The position numbers and the translations under genes are program-made. A stretch of DNA of 63,332 bases, the filler included, from Rhabdomonas costata (lineage: Eukaryota): NCBI GenBank assembly GCA_019059605.1. It is 43 parts of 43 records of this genome, joined end to end, with 100 filler letters (N's around TTAATTAATTAA, not from the genome) between each part and the next. Parts side by side here need not be neighbours in the genome. Positions count along the whole stretch, not along the records: positions 48,692 to 50,064 come from JAHMHO010017834.1; positions 50,165 to 51,539 come from JAHMHO010017835.1; positions 51,640 to 53,014 come from JAHMHO010017836.1; positions 53,115 to 54,488 come from JAHMHO010017837.1; positions 54,589 to 55,960 come from JAHMHO010017838.1; positions 56,061 to 57,434 come from JAHMHO010017839.1; positions 57,535 to 58,908 come from JAHMHO010017840.1; positions 59,009 to 60,382 come from JAHMHO010017841.1; 35 more parts are not named here. One strand, given 5' to 3'. The notes beneath the pieces are model-generated. The model saw only the letters and a program-made list of their open reading frames with translations. It was not told where the DNA came from and did not search any database. The stretch's first letter is position 1, and every line of letters starts with the position of its first letter. This document shows, in pieces, positions 49,723 through 62,612 of this stretch.

Positions 49723-52291
49723 TTTTCTCAGAATATCTCCGTCTACGGTGCTATGCACCCAACAACTCTACGGTTAAGTGCCTCTATTTGCCCCACAGTT
49801 AAAACGCGACCCGACCACCTGTACCACCACTACACCTGCAAAACCAGCAAAAAGTGGAAATGCTGGAGAAAAAAAAGCAAAGCACGTCTTGGCTTCTGAG
49901 ATGAGAAAAAACGGGGGGCAGCCTGACAAAGTGCGCGCAAATAGTGCTGCAAATCAGCAAACGTCGGCTTTCGCAGCCCATACTGTAGGAGCAGGGAAAC
50001 AAAAGGTGTGCAGCAACCTCAAAAGATTCCCAGAATGTGAAACTACCCGATTCGACCAAAAAACNNNNNNNNNNNNNNNNNNNNNNNNNNNNNNNNNNNN
50101 NNNNNNNNTTAATTAATTAANNNNNNNNNNNNNNNNNNNNNNNNNNNNNNNNNNNNNNNNNNNNTTTGTGGTGGATAGGGACAGAAACCAACTGCTCATG
50201 ACACAGTTTGCTGCTGTTGTCATGCGCAGGTCTATATTGACTCCCCCTTGCAGCGGTCTTCTTTTCACTTGCGCGTTTCATTAGTGGAAATCGCTCTAAA
50301 AATGAGGTAGAAAGGATGGACTCGAGGAGTGATTCCAATCACTGCCCATCACTGTTGGCGCGGTGCACAGAAACGGCGTGGGGGCCAGAGGGCGTGAAGG
50401 AGTGGTTTTCGAGGGTATGGAAAGGTGTGCATGCAGGCAAAGAGAAATGAGGAGCGGGATGAAGGCAGAGGGAGCAAAGACCGAATGGCATGTATGCATG
50501 AGGTCAGATAAGAGACGAATGATCCTGCGGATGTTGAGCGCAGTATCAGCGCCACTGATGGCGTGCTATGTCACTTGCCCCACTAATTCCACGGGTGGTT
50601 TGTGCATCTCAAATGGACAAGGGGAACCATTGCAAGCGCTCACCACGCAAACCGCAACCAACGATACCTGGGAATCCTGTGAAGAAAGTGCTTGAACGGC
50701 TGCCTCCACAGCCTTCTCAAAGGCGGAGCGAGGAAGCTGCGACAACAGCAAGAACACCCACGTGGTTATGTGAACACAACTCAGAGTTTTCCGATTTCGC
50801 CCCAAACCGCTAAAGTAGACTGAAGCCACAATTGTAGCAACCCCACCGCTAAAGCCACAACTCCTTTCGGACGCTTCACGCTGGACCTTATCGACCGGGC
50901 TATTGCGTTTTCTTTATTGTTTTGTTTGGCAATCTAGTTTGGTTGGATGTTGGGTGGTATATCTCCCTCTCCCCCTCCCCCGAGCGGGGCGCAGCCCCAA
51001 ATTTCCTTCTGGACAGCCGCAACCTCTGGGAAGCCAAAGACAGCGGACAGAAGGCCATCCACGGAGGGCAGAGTGAAGCCGTTGAACTCAGAGAAGGCCG
51101 TAACCGCAGCGGAGGAGCCGAAGCTGATTCCCACGCATCTACAAAATGCAGGGAAACCCGAAGACGAGCGAACGCTGAAATATGTAACAAACTGGGGAAC
51201 CACTCGTTACCCCACTGCAGTACCATTAGCAGCCGTTAAAGCACCCACACCACCTCTGAGCAAAGAAAAAAGCCCGTTATGTGGAACCGGACCATGAAAG
51301 AGCACCAAGCACCAAGCACCAAGCAGACTCTCCAGGACAGGAAAGCCATCTGTGAAAATTTCACATTTACGTGCAGCATTTTCCCCGGTAGGTTAAGAAG
51401 CCACCCCAATCCAAAACACACGCAAATAGTACAAAACGATGATTAAGGTCGAAATAAACAAGAAAGTGCGGTTTAACATTTGTCCTTGTTCACGAACTGA
51501 AGTGACCGGGGCCATATCGCACCATCACGGTCCTGGACANNNNNNNNNNNNNNNNNNNNNNNNNNNNNNNNNNNNNNNNNNNNTTAATTAATTAANNNNN
51601 NNNNNNNNNNNNNNNNNNNNNNNNNNNNNNNNNNNNNNNGGTGTGGGGGTGGGTGAAGGTGGAGGTGCAGGCCCGGCTGTTGTCGGGGGGAGGTGGCAAC
51701 TGGCCACTGGGCTCGCCGTGGGCCATGGCGTAGCTGGGATTGGGGTGGTTGAAGGTGAAACACGGCTGAGGGGGCGTCAGCACAAGCCCTGCAAAGAGCC
51801 CGTGAAAAGAACTACAACATTTTTTCCAGTCCGAACAAGCAAACACTGCTGTCGCATCCGACCCAATGTAAGGTAACAGGCATCACCAATGTCCTGACCT
51901 GCACCAGGTTTGCCGTTGTTCTGATCGTTTCGCTCAATTCCCCACACCATGACGACACACTGTGGTACATTGCAGTCTTGACTGATGTGCACAAGTTGAG
52001 CCTCAGCTCCCAGCCCATGATGCTCTCGCCAATCAGCCCGTGAGCTGAAATAGTGATATTGGCCTTTGGAGTGAGTTGGGCGAGAAAAAAATTCGAGTCC
52101 GCAATCCCTCACCCAGAAAACTTGACCGAACCCCGTCGCAAGAGACGTGCTACACGAGCGAAAGGCCCTGAATCGCCACCGCTAACGTGATCCTATAAAA
52201 AGCAAAAAATATCACAGTAACCATTTAGTCAAGTCACCCAGTCACCCAAACCAAAGAGCCCAGCAGGCATCTCACTACCCAGCGCAGGCAC

Positions 52292-52899
52292 CTGAATGAA
52301 TCTTGACCACATAAGATGTCTCGAAGTGCTGCAGATCCCCGTACGCCGCGACGGTGCTGTGGAGCTTGGGGGCCATCAGGGGAGCCCAAAAGGAGGTGTA
52401 CTCTGTGGGGATGCTGAGGCCCCCACGCCTTAGCAGTCGCTGGGCACCGTCCAGGCACTCCGGAGAGAGCTCGTTGTCACCGAAGGAGCCCAGAAGCTCA
52501 GAGACGAGCAGGTCGCAGCCTGTTACCGAGGAGCGACACAAGCAATGGTTTCGCAAAAGAAGAAACAGCCACAAAGATATCATTTGTAAGCACCAGCCAC
52601 GTAGATGTTTTGGGTTCCGCATAAGACGTAAAACAATTTACAACAACAATACATCTTTCCAAGGACAGAATTGAGAAGAGGGCGTGTGAAGAGAAGGTTG
52701 ACAATGGAAGGTATGCGAGTGAACGAGAACAGGAGAGAAATGAATGAGAGAGACCCTCTGGGGATTCCCAGGTCCGCATGTCCCCGTGAACCACAGTGAC
52801 CGGCCCCCATGAAGCCTCTCGAGCCTTCATTGCGCGCAGCGTCACCACCGCGTTGGGGTTCTTCTCGACAGCGTATACCCGCACTGCAACCTTTGCCTC
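52292..52899 (-). CDS. PRMT5: Protein arginine methyltransferase 5; exons 52755-52899 and 52292-52519
   Basis: [20 protein letters not shown]..|[41 protein letters not shown]. Confidence 0.97.
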
Positions 52900-53629
52900 C
52901 TGTGGATTTGTGTTGTTTGCGGGAAAGAAAAGAAAAGAAAAGAACGAAACTTTTAGAACACTGAGGGAGAAAGAACTTAAGAACACTTCCCTTAAGAACA
53001 CGGGCCCAAAACCCNNNNNNNNNNNNNNNNNNNNNNNNNNNNNNNNNNNNNNNNNNNNTTAATTAATTAANNNNNNNNNNNNNNNNNNNNNNNNNNNNNN
53101 NNNNNNNNNNNNNNGGGGGTGGGGTATGATTCCTATTTTGTTTATCCCACCCCACATTCGGTTGGCCGGTCAGATAGGGCCGGATTTGAAGTCTTCAAGG
53201 CAAGGTGCTCTCATCACCAAGCATACGCTGTGTGCGCTGGTTGCTAAATGTTGGCCAGCATTTCGATTCATAGAAAGAGGGCAAGCCCCAATCCACTTCC
53301 AGCTCCGGGGTTCCACCTTCATACCTTCATGGAAGATGGGCAGAACAGCACAGTGCGACTGCGGGATCACAACAGGAATATGGGGGATCACCACGCCAGC
53401 ACCCGCACATTATATGCTAAGGGGATCTTTTCTTGATCTCTGGTGGCAGCCACGTACATAACGTCACTGCATCCTAAGGACTGCGCTCTTCTCCCGAACG
53501 TATATCTCTGTCCGACTGAACGGGAATGACCCTGCCCCTCCCCCCCTCCGACATAACCAATCATCTCTAGTTACATTGATACATGCTGGAGGGAGAGCTT
53601 GGCGATCAGCATATCATACGGCCATGCAC

Positions 53630-54048
53630 TTCAGAAGCATCTCCCGTGCTTGCTTTGCCGTTCGGCGGCCCCCGAAGTCCCGCCACAGCACTTGCCCGAG
53701 CAGCCCAGGGTCGTACACCATGAGGTCCCCCTGCACGTTGTCACTGTCTTCAGAGAACACCCGGAACCGCACGCTTCCTCTGACCTTATTGGGCCCCAAA
53801 GAAAAGTACTGCATGATTTAGCAATGTCGGATTACCAATTGCTTCTAAAAGTAATCAGAACTCCATTCAAAAACACTCCGCTAGCCTTAGCAAATGATTC
53901 AAAAACCCATGCGGGTAAACAGGAAGCACAGTACCCGAGAGCCAGAGCCTGGGTGCTCGTGTCGCGTGAGGTTAAAGGTGTAAAGCGCCCTCTGCAGGAT
54001 CACCGTGCGCTTCTGCCCGGACCGCAAGCGCCGGACCTGCTTCACATC
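53630..54048 (-). CDS. Two probable exons (53989-54048, 53630-53808) of an unknown protein
   Basis: DVKQVRRLRSGQKRTVILQR|YFSLGPNKVRGSVRFRVF..; an in-frame join needs a GC donor. Confidence 0.4.
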
Positions 54049-54588
54049 CTTTGTGCAGCAACGAGGTAAATCACATCACTTGTGTCTCTACATTTGCCAC
54101 CAAACGATGGTGCTTCTGCGTTTGTATGTTCACATGCAAGGTACCTCATCCGCTCTCCTTTTTCCAGAACGTGCCACTCAGCCTGGTGCAGAATCGAAAA
54201 ATGCAGACATGAGATTTCTTCGGGGGAACAACAGAATTCTTGATTAAGCGATGTGAATATCCTATCGCAGTTCCGGTGTGCAATCTCGTGGAACTGGGTG
54301 ACTTTGGCTGAAATCTGCGCAGTCCTGGAATGGTCTTCGAACAACACTCCAATGCGATGTGACAAAACTTTGCTTTGAAGCTGTATCTTTGGGCACCGCT
54401 TTGCACAAGACTGCAACTCGCCCACAAAACTACCAATATCCCAGGGGAACTGCACCCTTTACCCCCCCACCCACCAAACACACCAACANNNNNNNNNNNN
54501 NNNNNNNNNNNNNNNNNNNNNNNNNNNNNNNNTTAATTAATTAANNNNNNNNNNNNNNNNNNNNNNNNNNNNNNNNNNNNNNNNNNNN

Positions 54589-55140
54589 TTTGTGGTGTTA
54601 GCATTCCAGTAGTGCTTCCTGTGTCTGATGTTGGAGTGTTGGTTCCTGGTGGTGTTCTTGGCTCCTGTCTTGCTTCTGTGGTAGGGTTGTGTGTTGGCGT
54701 TGATGGAGTGCATGTTGTTGCTCTTGATGGTGGTATTGTTGGAGGAGTGTTGTTGGAGGGGTTCAGTGGTATTGGCGTTGGAGGAGGAGTGGATGTGGGT
54801 ATGGCTGGTGCAGTGGTGGTTCATGGCGTTAGTGTTGGTGGTGTTCTTAGCCTTCCTTTCTCTTGTGTCCCTGTGTTGGTTCCTGCTTCTTGTGTTAGCG
54901 TAGTGTTGGATGAGGGGTTGTGCGTCTCTAGCGCTTCCTGAGTTGAGGGTTGATGTTGCTGAGTTGAGGGTTGATGTTGAGTGGGTATTGGTGATGCTTG
55001 TGTGAGGGTTGATGTCTTGGTATTCCTGGCGGTGGTGTCGGTATTCCTGGTGCCTTTATGCCTTCTTGTGGTGATGTTGATGCCTTGAGTGTCTAGCGGT
55101 ATTCCTACTCCCTGAGTTGATGCTGGTATTCCCTCTCCTG
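54589..55140 (-). repeat. Long G/T-skewed tract (A/C on the minus strand) with a 21-nt-period tandem repeat at 54939-54979
   Basis: TGAGTTGAGGGTTGATGTTG x2 and recurring GGTATTCC units. Confidence 0.8.
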
Positions 55141-55553
55141 ATGTTCCTTCCTCTTACGCTCCGTCTTACGTGGCTCCTTCCTCTTACGCATCGATGGTAG
55201 TGACATTCCCGCTACTGACGCAAGAGGGAGGAGTAACGATGCATACAGAGGGAGTAAGGGTGCTAGAGTGAGGGCTGACATCCCCCGCTAAGGTGATGGA
55301 GGGAGTAAGACTGATGCCATGACTTCTACCGCAGTGCCTTTCATCCTTCTACGGGCATGCCTCCTAGGTCTTCCTCTCCTACTCCCTACTCCGCATGCGC
55401 CCCTCCTTCGTCGTGACTGCATGCTACGTACATACCACTGAGAGAGAGAAAGCCTTCAACATCCACTGGTATTCTGTACTCCGGCTACGCCCGGTCGGAA
55501 CATCCCGAGGGACGGAGGGATGCGAAGAGACAAGTGTATGCATAACGTCCTCA

Positions 55554-55861
55554 CTCGCTGCGCTCTCTTACTACTACGGCATGATCCACTGCGTGACTCA
55601 TGCCTACGTGAAAGGGGTAAGGGCTCCGCAGGAACAAGACCTCCCTGAGTTCATGTCCTAGGGTGATGTTGAGTGAGTGGAAGCACCTTATGGTGGTGTA
55701 ACGAACGGAGAGAGGGATGCGAGAGGACGTGAGCATCACGACGACAGAGAGGAAGAGGAAGAAGATGTTGATGTCGGGATGCCTCGCTACGCTCAGCATC
55801 CCTCCTTCTTTCTTTACGTCGTCATGACTCGCGATGCTCGTCATTCCTCCTTCAATCCCCA
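55554..55861 (-). repeat. Partial third copy of the GCGNAGC conserved-block element
   Basis: The minus strand has TGGGGATTGA (55852-55861), GAGCGTAGCGAG (55783-55794) and GAGCGCAGCGAG (55554-55565), all also present in 34152-34200. Confidence 0.6.
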
Positions 55862-56060
55862 CCGACCTCTGCCCGCCGTCCCCTGTGCTGCACCAGTGAC
55901 GGTGGGTCCAGGAGCATCCTCATCACCACCATGAAGGGCATCGAGAATTACAACAAAAACNNNNNNNNNNNNNNNNNNNNNNNNNNNNNNNNNNNNNNNN
56001 NNNNTTAATTAATTAANNNNNNNNNNNNNNNNNNNNNNNNNNNNNNNNNNNNNNNNNNNN

Positions 56061-56881
56061 GATAGTGCTTGCAGTGTGAAGGGGACTGGTCATTGGTGAT
56101 GGCGTAGGCCAGCGAGGTGGCGTCCTCCAGCCCCTTGCGGTCCTTGTGAGTCTTCATAGCCATCACCTCACTGCGAATCTGTTTGAGAAGTGCAAACTCC
56201 GCACTAGGAATACGGAACAAATCCATGCGAAGAATAACTTCCTTGTAATCCGGAAACGCAAATTTTTTTGAGCGTTTCCACAAAAACTTTTGTTCGGTCT
56301 ACTATCATTGCCAAGCAAAGATGCTTAGATGACCTTTAACCCTAAGTGGTCGATGAAGTACATCGCTGGGTCCTGTTCGGAAGCCCGTAACCAGCTGCGT
56401 GAGGTAAATCGGAGATCGGCGATAACGACGATAACGACTTTGCGCATAAGCATGCAGTCGCTGAGTTGAAAACAAAGACAATTATCTGGGAGCCTGGTGC
56501 GCCTTTTTTCGGTCATGCTCAATGACGAAGACGAAGACGAAGCAGACCTCTTTTGTATACCACAGGCCTCCCGAAACGCTGCGTTGCGGGAGGTTGGGGT
56601 CGGAATTATCTAACCTTTCACCCTCCCCCCGGTGGTGGTGCCCCTTTGCGGGCTCTTTCTAATCCGTTGTGTGCCGCTTCTTGCCCCACGCAGCGAAGGA
56701 ATTTACGAAGGCACCCTGTCCAGAGGACCCTAAATGCATCACAAACGATTACTTGAAATGAGGCACTACAAAAAACCCTTAGAAGGGAAGGGGGTACAGG
56801 AAGACTTCGAAGCGAACCTCGTTGAGGTAGTCATCAGTGAAGCTGAAGCCGAAGTACAGGATAGTGCGGCAGGACATGACG
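56061..56881 (-). CDS. SIR2_2-family (non-sirtuin SIR2-like) domain protein; exons 56818-56881 and 56061-56178
   Basis: Spliced VMSCRTILYFGFSFTDDYLNE|IRSEVMAM...LAYAITND contains the SIR2_2 hLFhG[YF]Sh.D motif. The first exon is not in the ORF track. Confidence 0.7.
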
Positions 56882-57828
56882 CTGCACCAAAAAGAGCAAG
56901 ACAAATAGAACGAAAGAGGGAGTGAAATCTAACAGTCCGCCCGCCTCCTATTTTCTCCCACTTACAGCCCACTGGGGTGCGGATCATTCCTCGACTTCTG
57001 GATGGAGGTCCGTGAGAAACAGCAGTTTTGAGGAGCGCCCCCTTCCCGGCCTGCCCTTTGTTGCTCAGTACCATTGTAACTTCGACACTTCTGGAAGACA
57101 CGTGCACACACTCCAGTTCTGGGGGTGCAGCTATGTTTCCACCGCCGGGTGGCTCAGGGCGGGGGCTTTTTGCCCCCTCGCACAGTACCTTGAAATTCGT
57201 GCTCTGCGGAGGGTGTGCAGAGCGGACACCAAGACGCGGTCAGGAAGGGTGCGTGGCGACGGCCAAAACTGAGCCCCGCCCACTCACCCCACCATTAAAC
57301 ACCATTACCGATGGATCAGATGTGATGCGACAATCCCCGGCTCGGATGGTACACATTCACAGCAGTCATCCAGGAGTGGGTGAGGGGTACTATGCATCAA
57401 AATGGAACCCTCTGTGGAGAATCACACAACCCCCNNNNNNNNNNNNNNNNNNNNNNNNNNNNNNNNNNNNNNNNNNNNTTAATTAATTAANNNNNNNNNN
57501 NNNNNNNNNNNNNNNNNNNNNNNNNNNNNNNNNNGGGGTTGGTGGCGTCCCCCGTGCACCCCCTGGAGCACTTCCGGCGGTACTGCCGGATGCTTCGGGA
57601 GCACATGTCAAAGGATGAAGGCTACATTGATCTGTCTCTGAGGAACGCGTTCTGCGCGGTGTGCAGCCCAGCCGCCATGGAGACCGAGTACGGTACATGA
57701 TATTACTGCACATGAAATATTATCACGGCCTGATGTCCGCGTGCCCGTGTGGTTGGGTTTCTAGTCTCGGGAATGTGATCAGCTTTGCATGCTCCTCATT
57801 CCAAAAATCTCTAATAATGTCTAAACAG

Positions 57829-57994
57829 GTCAAAACCTTTCCCTCGGAACGGCGGCTGGCCTCGATGTGGACACCTCTGCGGCGGTGGTTTCGGTGGGCG
57901 CTTTGTCAGCAGAGGTATGAGTGGAGGCCCGTTCTGCAACACGTTAACGCGGTGTTTCCCAGCGGAAAGATGACCCTTGTGCTCGGACCTCCAG
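57829..57994 (+). CDS. ABCG/PDR-type ABC transporter exon leading into Walker A
   Basis: PVLQHVNAVFPSGKMTLVLGPPG; aaacag acceptor and G|GTCTG donor. Confidence 0.85.
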
Positions 57995-59008
57995 GTCTGC
58001 GTCCCCACATTCACCCCCAATCCATTATCGTTCGTCACCCAGAGACAAGCATTGCCCCAAAATGAGTGAGCACAAAGTCGCTGCATTCAGCGGCCGATGA
58101 AAAGTTTTGTCTGCGCCCTCAGAAACTTTCGCACTCTTCACCCGCCCGCTGCGCAAGGCCAGTTTTGAGCTACCCCCATACGCCCGCCCTCTCCCCCAAG
58201 TGTCGTAAGAAATATTTTCAGTTTTGTCAGAATGTGGGGGGGGCACGGATTCTAGCGGAGCTGTGGAAGGGTTTGGTGTGGAAGGGTTTGTCCATTGGTT
58301 GGTTGCAGGGCACCATGTTTTATTCTGCAGACTCCAAATACTGCCTTTCCGCTTGGTTTGCGCACATGGTGCATGGCTGAGCAGTCAATCACTCTTTGAG
58401 TGCAAAGGCAGTGCAACGGAGCATTTTTCGTGCAACAAAGTGTGCACACAAGCTTGTGCTTCGTGTTTGTGTGTGCAAGGGCGGAACAACTGATGGTTAA
58501 ACCAAACCCCGCTGCATCTCTTGGGTTGCGAGGTGTTCCGGAAACCCTGATGTGGGCAAGTAGCTCTTATTCTGTTCACGCTTAAGCTCCTAACCACGTC
58601 AAGGTGAATTGTGCATTGGTGCGGCCAGGGGAGTGGATTCACATTAAGTGCTCCATTTTTACTGAGTTGTCAAGTTTCCTGCTTTCTTTTACAGCATCAC
58701 ATCCATGTCTTATTGGCACTCTATATTAACCGCACAACTTATTTTTCGAATGGGATGATCTTGCTTCCTGAAAGGGTCTCTCAGTAGTCACGATCTCGCA
58801 ATCACATTTTAGTTGGTAAAATGTCACGTCAGTTTGAAATGAACAGCTGGGCGCCATCTGCCCAAGCATTGTTCAGTGCAGATCCCACCACCCCACCCAC
58901 CACACCCANNNNNNNNNNNNNNNNNNNNNNNNNNNNNNNNNNNNNNNNNNNNTTAATTAATTAANNNNNNNNNNNNNNNNNNNNNNNNNNNNNNNNNNNN
59001 NNNNNNNN

Positions 59009-60382
59009 GTTGGTTTGGCCCTGGCAATAACTCCCGATGGGATTCACGTGCTGAGTGGAAGTGAGGACTGCTTGATCAAAGTGTGGAACTTGCAGAAATG
59101 GGAGGAGGAACGAAGCCTAGAAGGCCACTCTGGTTTCGTCGGCGCCCTGCTAGTAACCCCAGATGGGACGCGTGCTGTGAGCGGGAGCGAGGATGAGACG
59201 ATCAAAATTTGGAACTTACTCTCTGGCGAGGAGGAAGTTTGTCTTGTGGGCCACTCTGGCTCCGTATACGGCCTGGCACTGAGTTGTGATGGTCTTCACC
59301 TTGTGAGCGGAGGTGATGACAATACGATCATAGTGTGGGATTTCCGAAACATGAAAGAGGAGCGACGATTTAGTGGTCACTCCAATTCTGTTCGGGCTTT
59401 GAAACTGACCCCCGATGGGACTCGGGTAGTTAGCGCTGATTACGGTAATACTATCAAGGTTTGGAACCTATACAACGGAAAGGAGGAGCAAAATCTGAAT
59501 GGCCACACAGATTCGGTCATGGCTGTTGTGATAACACCCGATGGGAGGTGCATTGTCAGCAGCAGCGGTGACGGGACCATCAAAGTGTGGACTTTGCAGG
59601 CTGGGAAGGACGAGCGATGTATTAGCGGTCATGCAAAGTCCGTGCGGGCGCTAGCTGTATCCGCCCGGGGCACCCGCCTTGTGGGTGGGGGTGATGACAA
59701 CACCATCAACGTTTGGAATTTATTGGCGGGCAGGCTGGAGAGGAGTCTTGGTGGTCACTTGGGCTGTGTTAATGCGCTTGCATTTTTTGCTGGAGAGACT
59801 GTGTGTGTGAGCGGAAGTGATGACAAGACAATTAAAGTGTGGGACTTGCAGACCGGAAAAGAGAACCAAACAATTCATTGTCACGCTTCAGTAAATGCTT
59901 TGGTTATAAGTCCTGACGGAAGTCGTGTTTTTGTTGCATCTCGTGATAACAGAATCAGAGTATGGGACCTTTGTACTGGAACAGAGGTGCAAAGCCTTTG
60001 TGGCCACGGGGGTCATGTCTCTTCCCTATCGATAACTTCAGATGGGGCGATCCTTGTTAGCGGAAGTGACGATCAAACTGTTAAGGCTTGGAACCTGCGG
60101 ACAGAGAAAATGGAGCGGAGCTTTTCTGGCCACACAAATCGAGTTCGAGCAGTCGCTGTAACATCTGACGGGAAGCGTTTAGTCAGTGGAGGTGGTGACT
60201 ACACTGTAAAGGTATGGAACTTGCAATCGGGAAAAGAAGAACAGAGCTTCAAGGACAACTCTGGATGGATTGTCTCTGTCGCTGTTACCCCTGATGGGGT
60301 GCACGTTATCAGTGGGAGTGGAGGTAATCTTATCAAAGTTTGGAACCTTCAAACAGGAGTAGAGGAATGCAGACCACAAAAA
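59009..60382 (+). CDS. Intronless array of about 11 similar WD40 repeats (partial; NACHT-WD40 style)
   Basis: Repeating 42-aa unit GHS..V.ALA.TPDG..VSGS.D.TIKVWNL..G.EE. Confidence 0.95.
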
Positions 60383-60607
60383 NNNNNNNNNNNNNNNNNN
60401 NNNNNNNNNNNNNNNNNNNNNNNNNNTTAATTAATTAANNNNNNNNNNNNNNNNNNNNNNNNNNNNNNNNNNNNNNNNNNNNAGTGCAAACCAAGATCAG
60501 GTCTGATGAGCAAGTCGATCAGCGTGAGTAGTACCTGTCGGAGCAAGCGATACCCACCCCATTCCATTTCCGATCACGGCCAGTGAGGGTGCAAGGGGAG
60601 AGACAAC

Positions 60608-61803
60608 CTGTCTGAGGTTTCCACCACAAACCCAGGAATCCGTCAGCGCGGAGCAAACCACTTCACCCGTGAAAGCTGACACATTGGGGTGGTAGAATCT
60701 TGGCTCAAAGTACACCTGAAAGAACAGTGGTGCAGTGGTTTGAATTCACAAAGCTTCCGGAACACAGAGAAAGATATGATGTGTGACTGTGTTGGAAAAA
60801 TAGAGGTGGTGTAATCAAACCAGGACCAGAACTCGGCAAAGGAGCGAAAAAAAATGCCGCAAAGGTGTCATTAATGGATCCGATTAATGATGGAATGGCC
60901 TCAAAAATGGATCGACTTCGATTCATTCATCTATTATTTGTACTGATCATCGTCAATACGCTCACGGTATCGAAGGAAAAGAAGCTAGAGCACACTACAA
61001 AGGCAGAGGAGCAAGACCACCTGTGGCGCCATCTGGGGATAGTCGGAAGGAAGCATTATTCGGGCACGGAAGCGTCTCCCAGCCACTGGTGAATCCCTGG
61101 GAGCCGTAAGCTCCGCAAGCAAAGTGAGCAGCGCGGGTTCACCCAGCGAACTCAAAAAGTCCTCTGGGATGGACAGGTACACACGGCGCAAAGGGTACCG
61201 GTAAATACTGAACAGGTCCTGAAGAGGCAACCATCCCAAGACACTCTGCAGTTCGAAACCAAAACGTACAAGTTCGCAAGCGCATTTTCCCAAAACAAAC
61301 CATAACAACGCGTGCAGCTGGCAAGTACCGCCCCTTGAGAAGCGCAACAAAGCCGACGATATGAAAGCAAATCTGCAGCAGGCATGTAATGCCGTGCTGA
61401 CACATTTGCTGCACAGCAAACTGCTGCGCTTCGCGGAACGAAACTTCAGCCTACAAGAGAGAGAAAAAACTTTTCAAAACAGTGAAAAGAAGTCCTCTCA
61501 AAACAAAACCGAAGAAAATTCACCTGTGCCCATTTCTGTAGCAACGCCTCCCCAGCGGGTTTTATTTTTTCATCCGCATTTCTTTCCACAATTTCCTGAA
61601 GACGGCGGAACTTCATGGATATGGCCGGGTTTTTCTGAAAAAAATAAAGAGACAAGATCGGGACATACACAACAGCGATTAAAAAGTAACGCGCTACTAT
61701 TTGATGACACAAAAACCTCCAGATTAAAAGCCGTGCGCATCTCCTGGATCAACTGCTCAAGTTCTTCTCTCTCCTCGTCTGGAACAAAAGATGCCACAGC
61801 CAT
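60608..61803 (-). CDS. Ubiquitin-conjugating (UBC/E2)-domain protein with an N-terminal extension; core exons 61021-61218 and 60608-60715
   Basis: APRDSPVAGRRF..I.LPSDYPQMAPQ|VYFEPRFYHPNVSAFTGEVVC..LTDSW. Upstream exons 61717-61803 and 61524-61634 are tentative. Confidence 0.8.
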
Positions 61804-62434
61804 TCGCACAACAAACGACACAAAACCAGAAATAAACCAGAAACATCGAACCAGAANNNNNNNNNNNNNNNNNNNNNNNNNNNNNNNNNNNNNNNNNNNN
61901 TTAATTAATTAANNNNNNNNNNNNNNNNNNNNNNNNNNNNNNNNNNNNNNNNNNNNGGGTTTGGGGGCAGCCAGTCCGCCGTGGCCATGGGTTCCTCCAC
62001 CCTCCTGCTACGGAGCATCTCCGATGTGAGCCTACCCACGTTCTGGAAGCTGTCGGGGCGAGTGTTGCAGGACCCACTGTTCAGCAGGGCTGTGTGAAGA
62101 AACGATCCTCAAACTAATCAAGTGCAAATGGGTAGCGATTTCCAAGCAAGATGCGGTTTTTGTAATGTGGATGCAGCAATTCTTTGTTACAGCGGCAATT
62201 TTTCTCAATTGCTCAATCAAGACAACGGCTGCAGGAGAAGCCTAGCGGTTTTTTTGTTCACGAGGCCCAACACTGCGCGACTGCCCTCGGCCCCTCCCGT
62301 GGGGGGAAAACCACCTTGCGCCGGAATTTACACGATGGATCTGACTTCGCTTTTCCGGTACGAGTACTATTCTCGAGTGACCAACTGGCGGACAACCGTA
62401 AAGCGCGCACACACACAAACCCTTCTCACTCTGT

Positions 62435-62612
62435 AGCGCCCGCTCGGTTGAAGTGAGGTTGTGCTGCAGCAGGAGCTCCACCTTATCCACGACGTCGTCG
62501 AACAGAACGCGCACCTCACTCAGCTGCTGCGACGCCGCGGCGCGAACCCGGGGCTCGTACTCCTTCATCGCGAAGTGCTCCGTGACTTGCTGCAGCTTCC
62601 GCCGGCTCCGCC
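62435..62612 (-). CDS. Probable helical-protein exon
   Basis: ttttgcag acceptor and GC3-rich frame RRKLQQVTEHFAMKEYEPRVR..DKVELLLQHNL; 3' boundary approximate. Confidence 0.45.
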
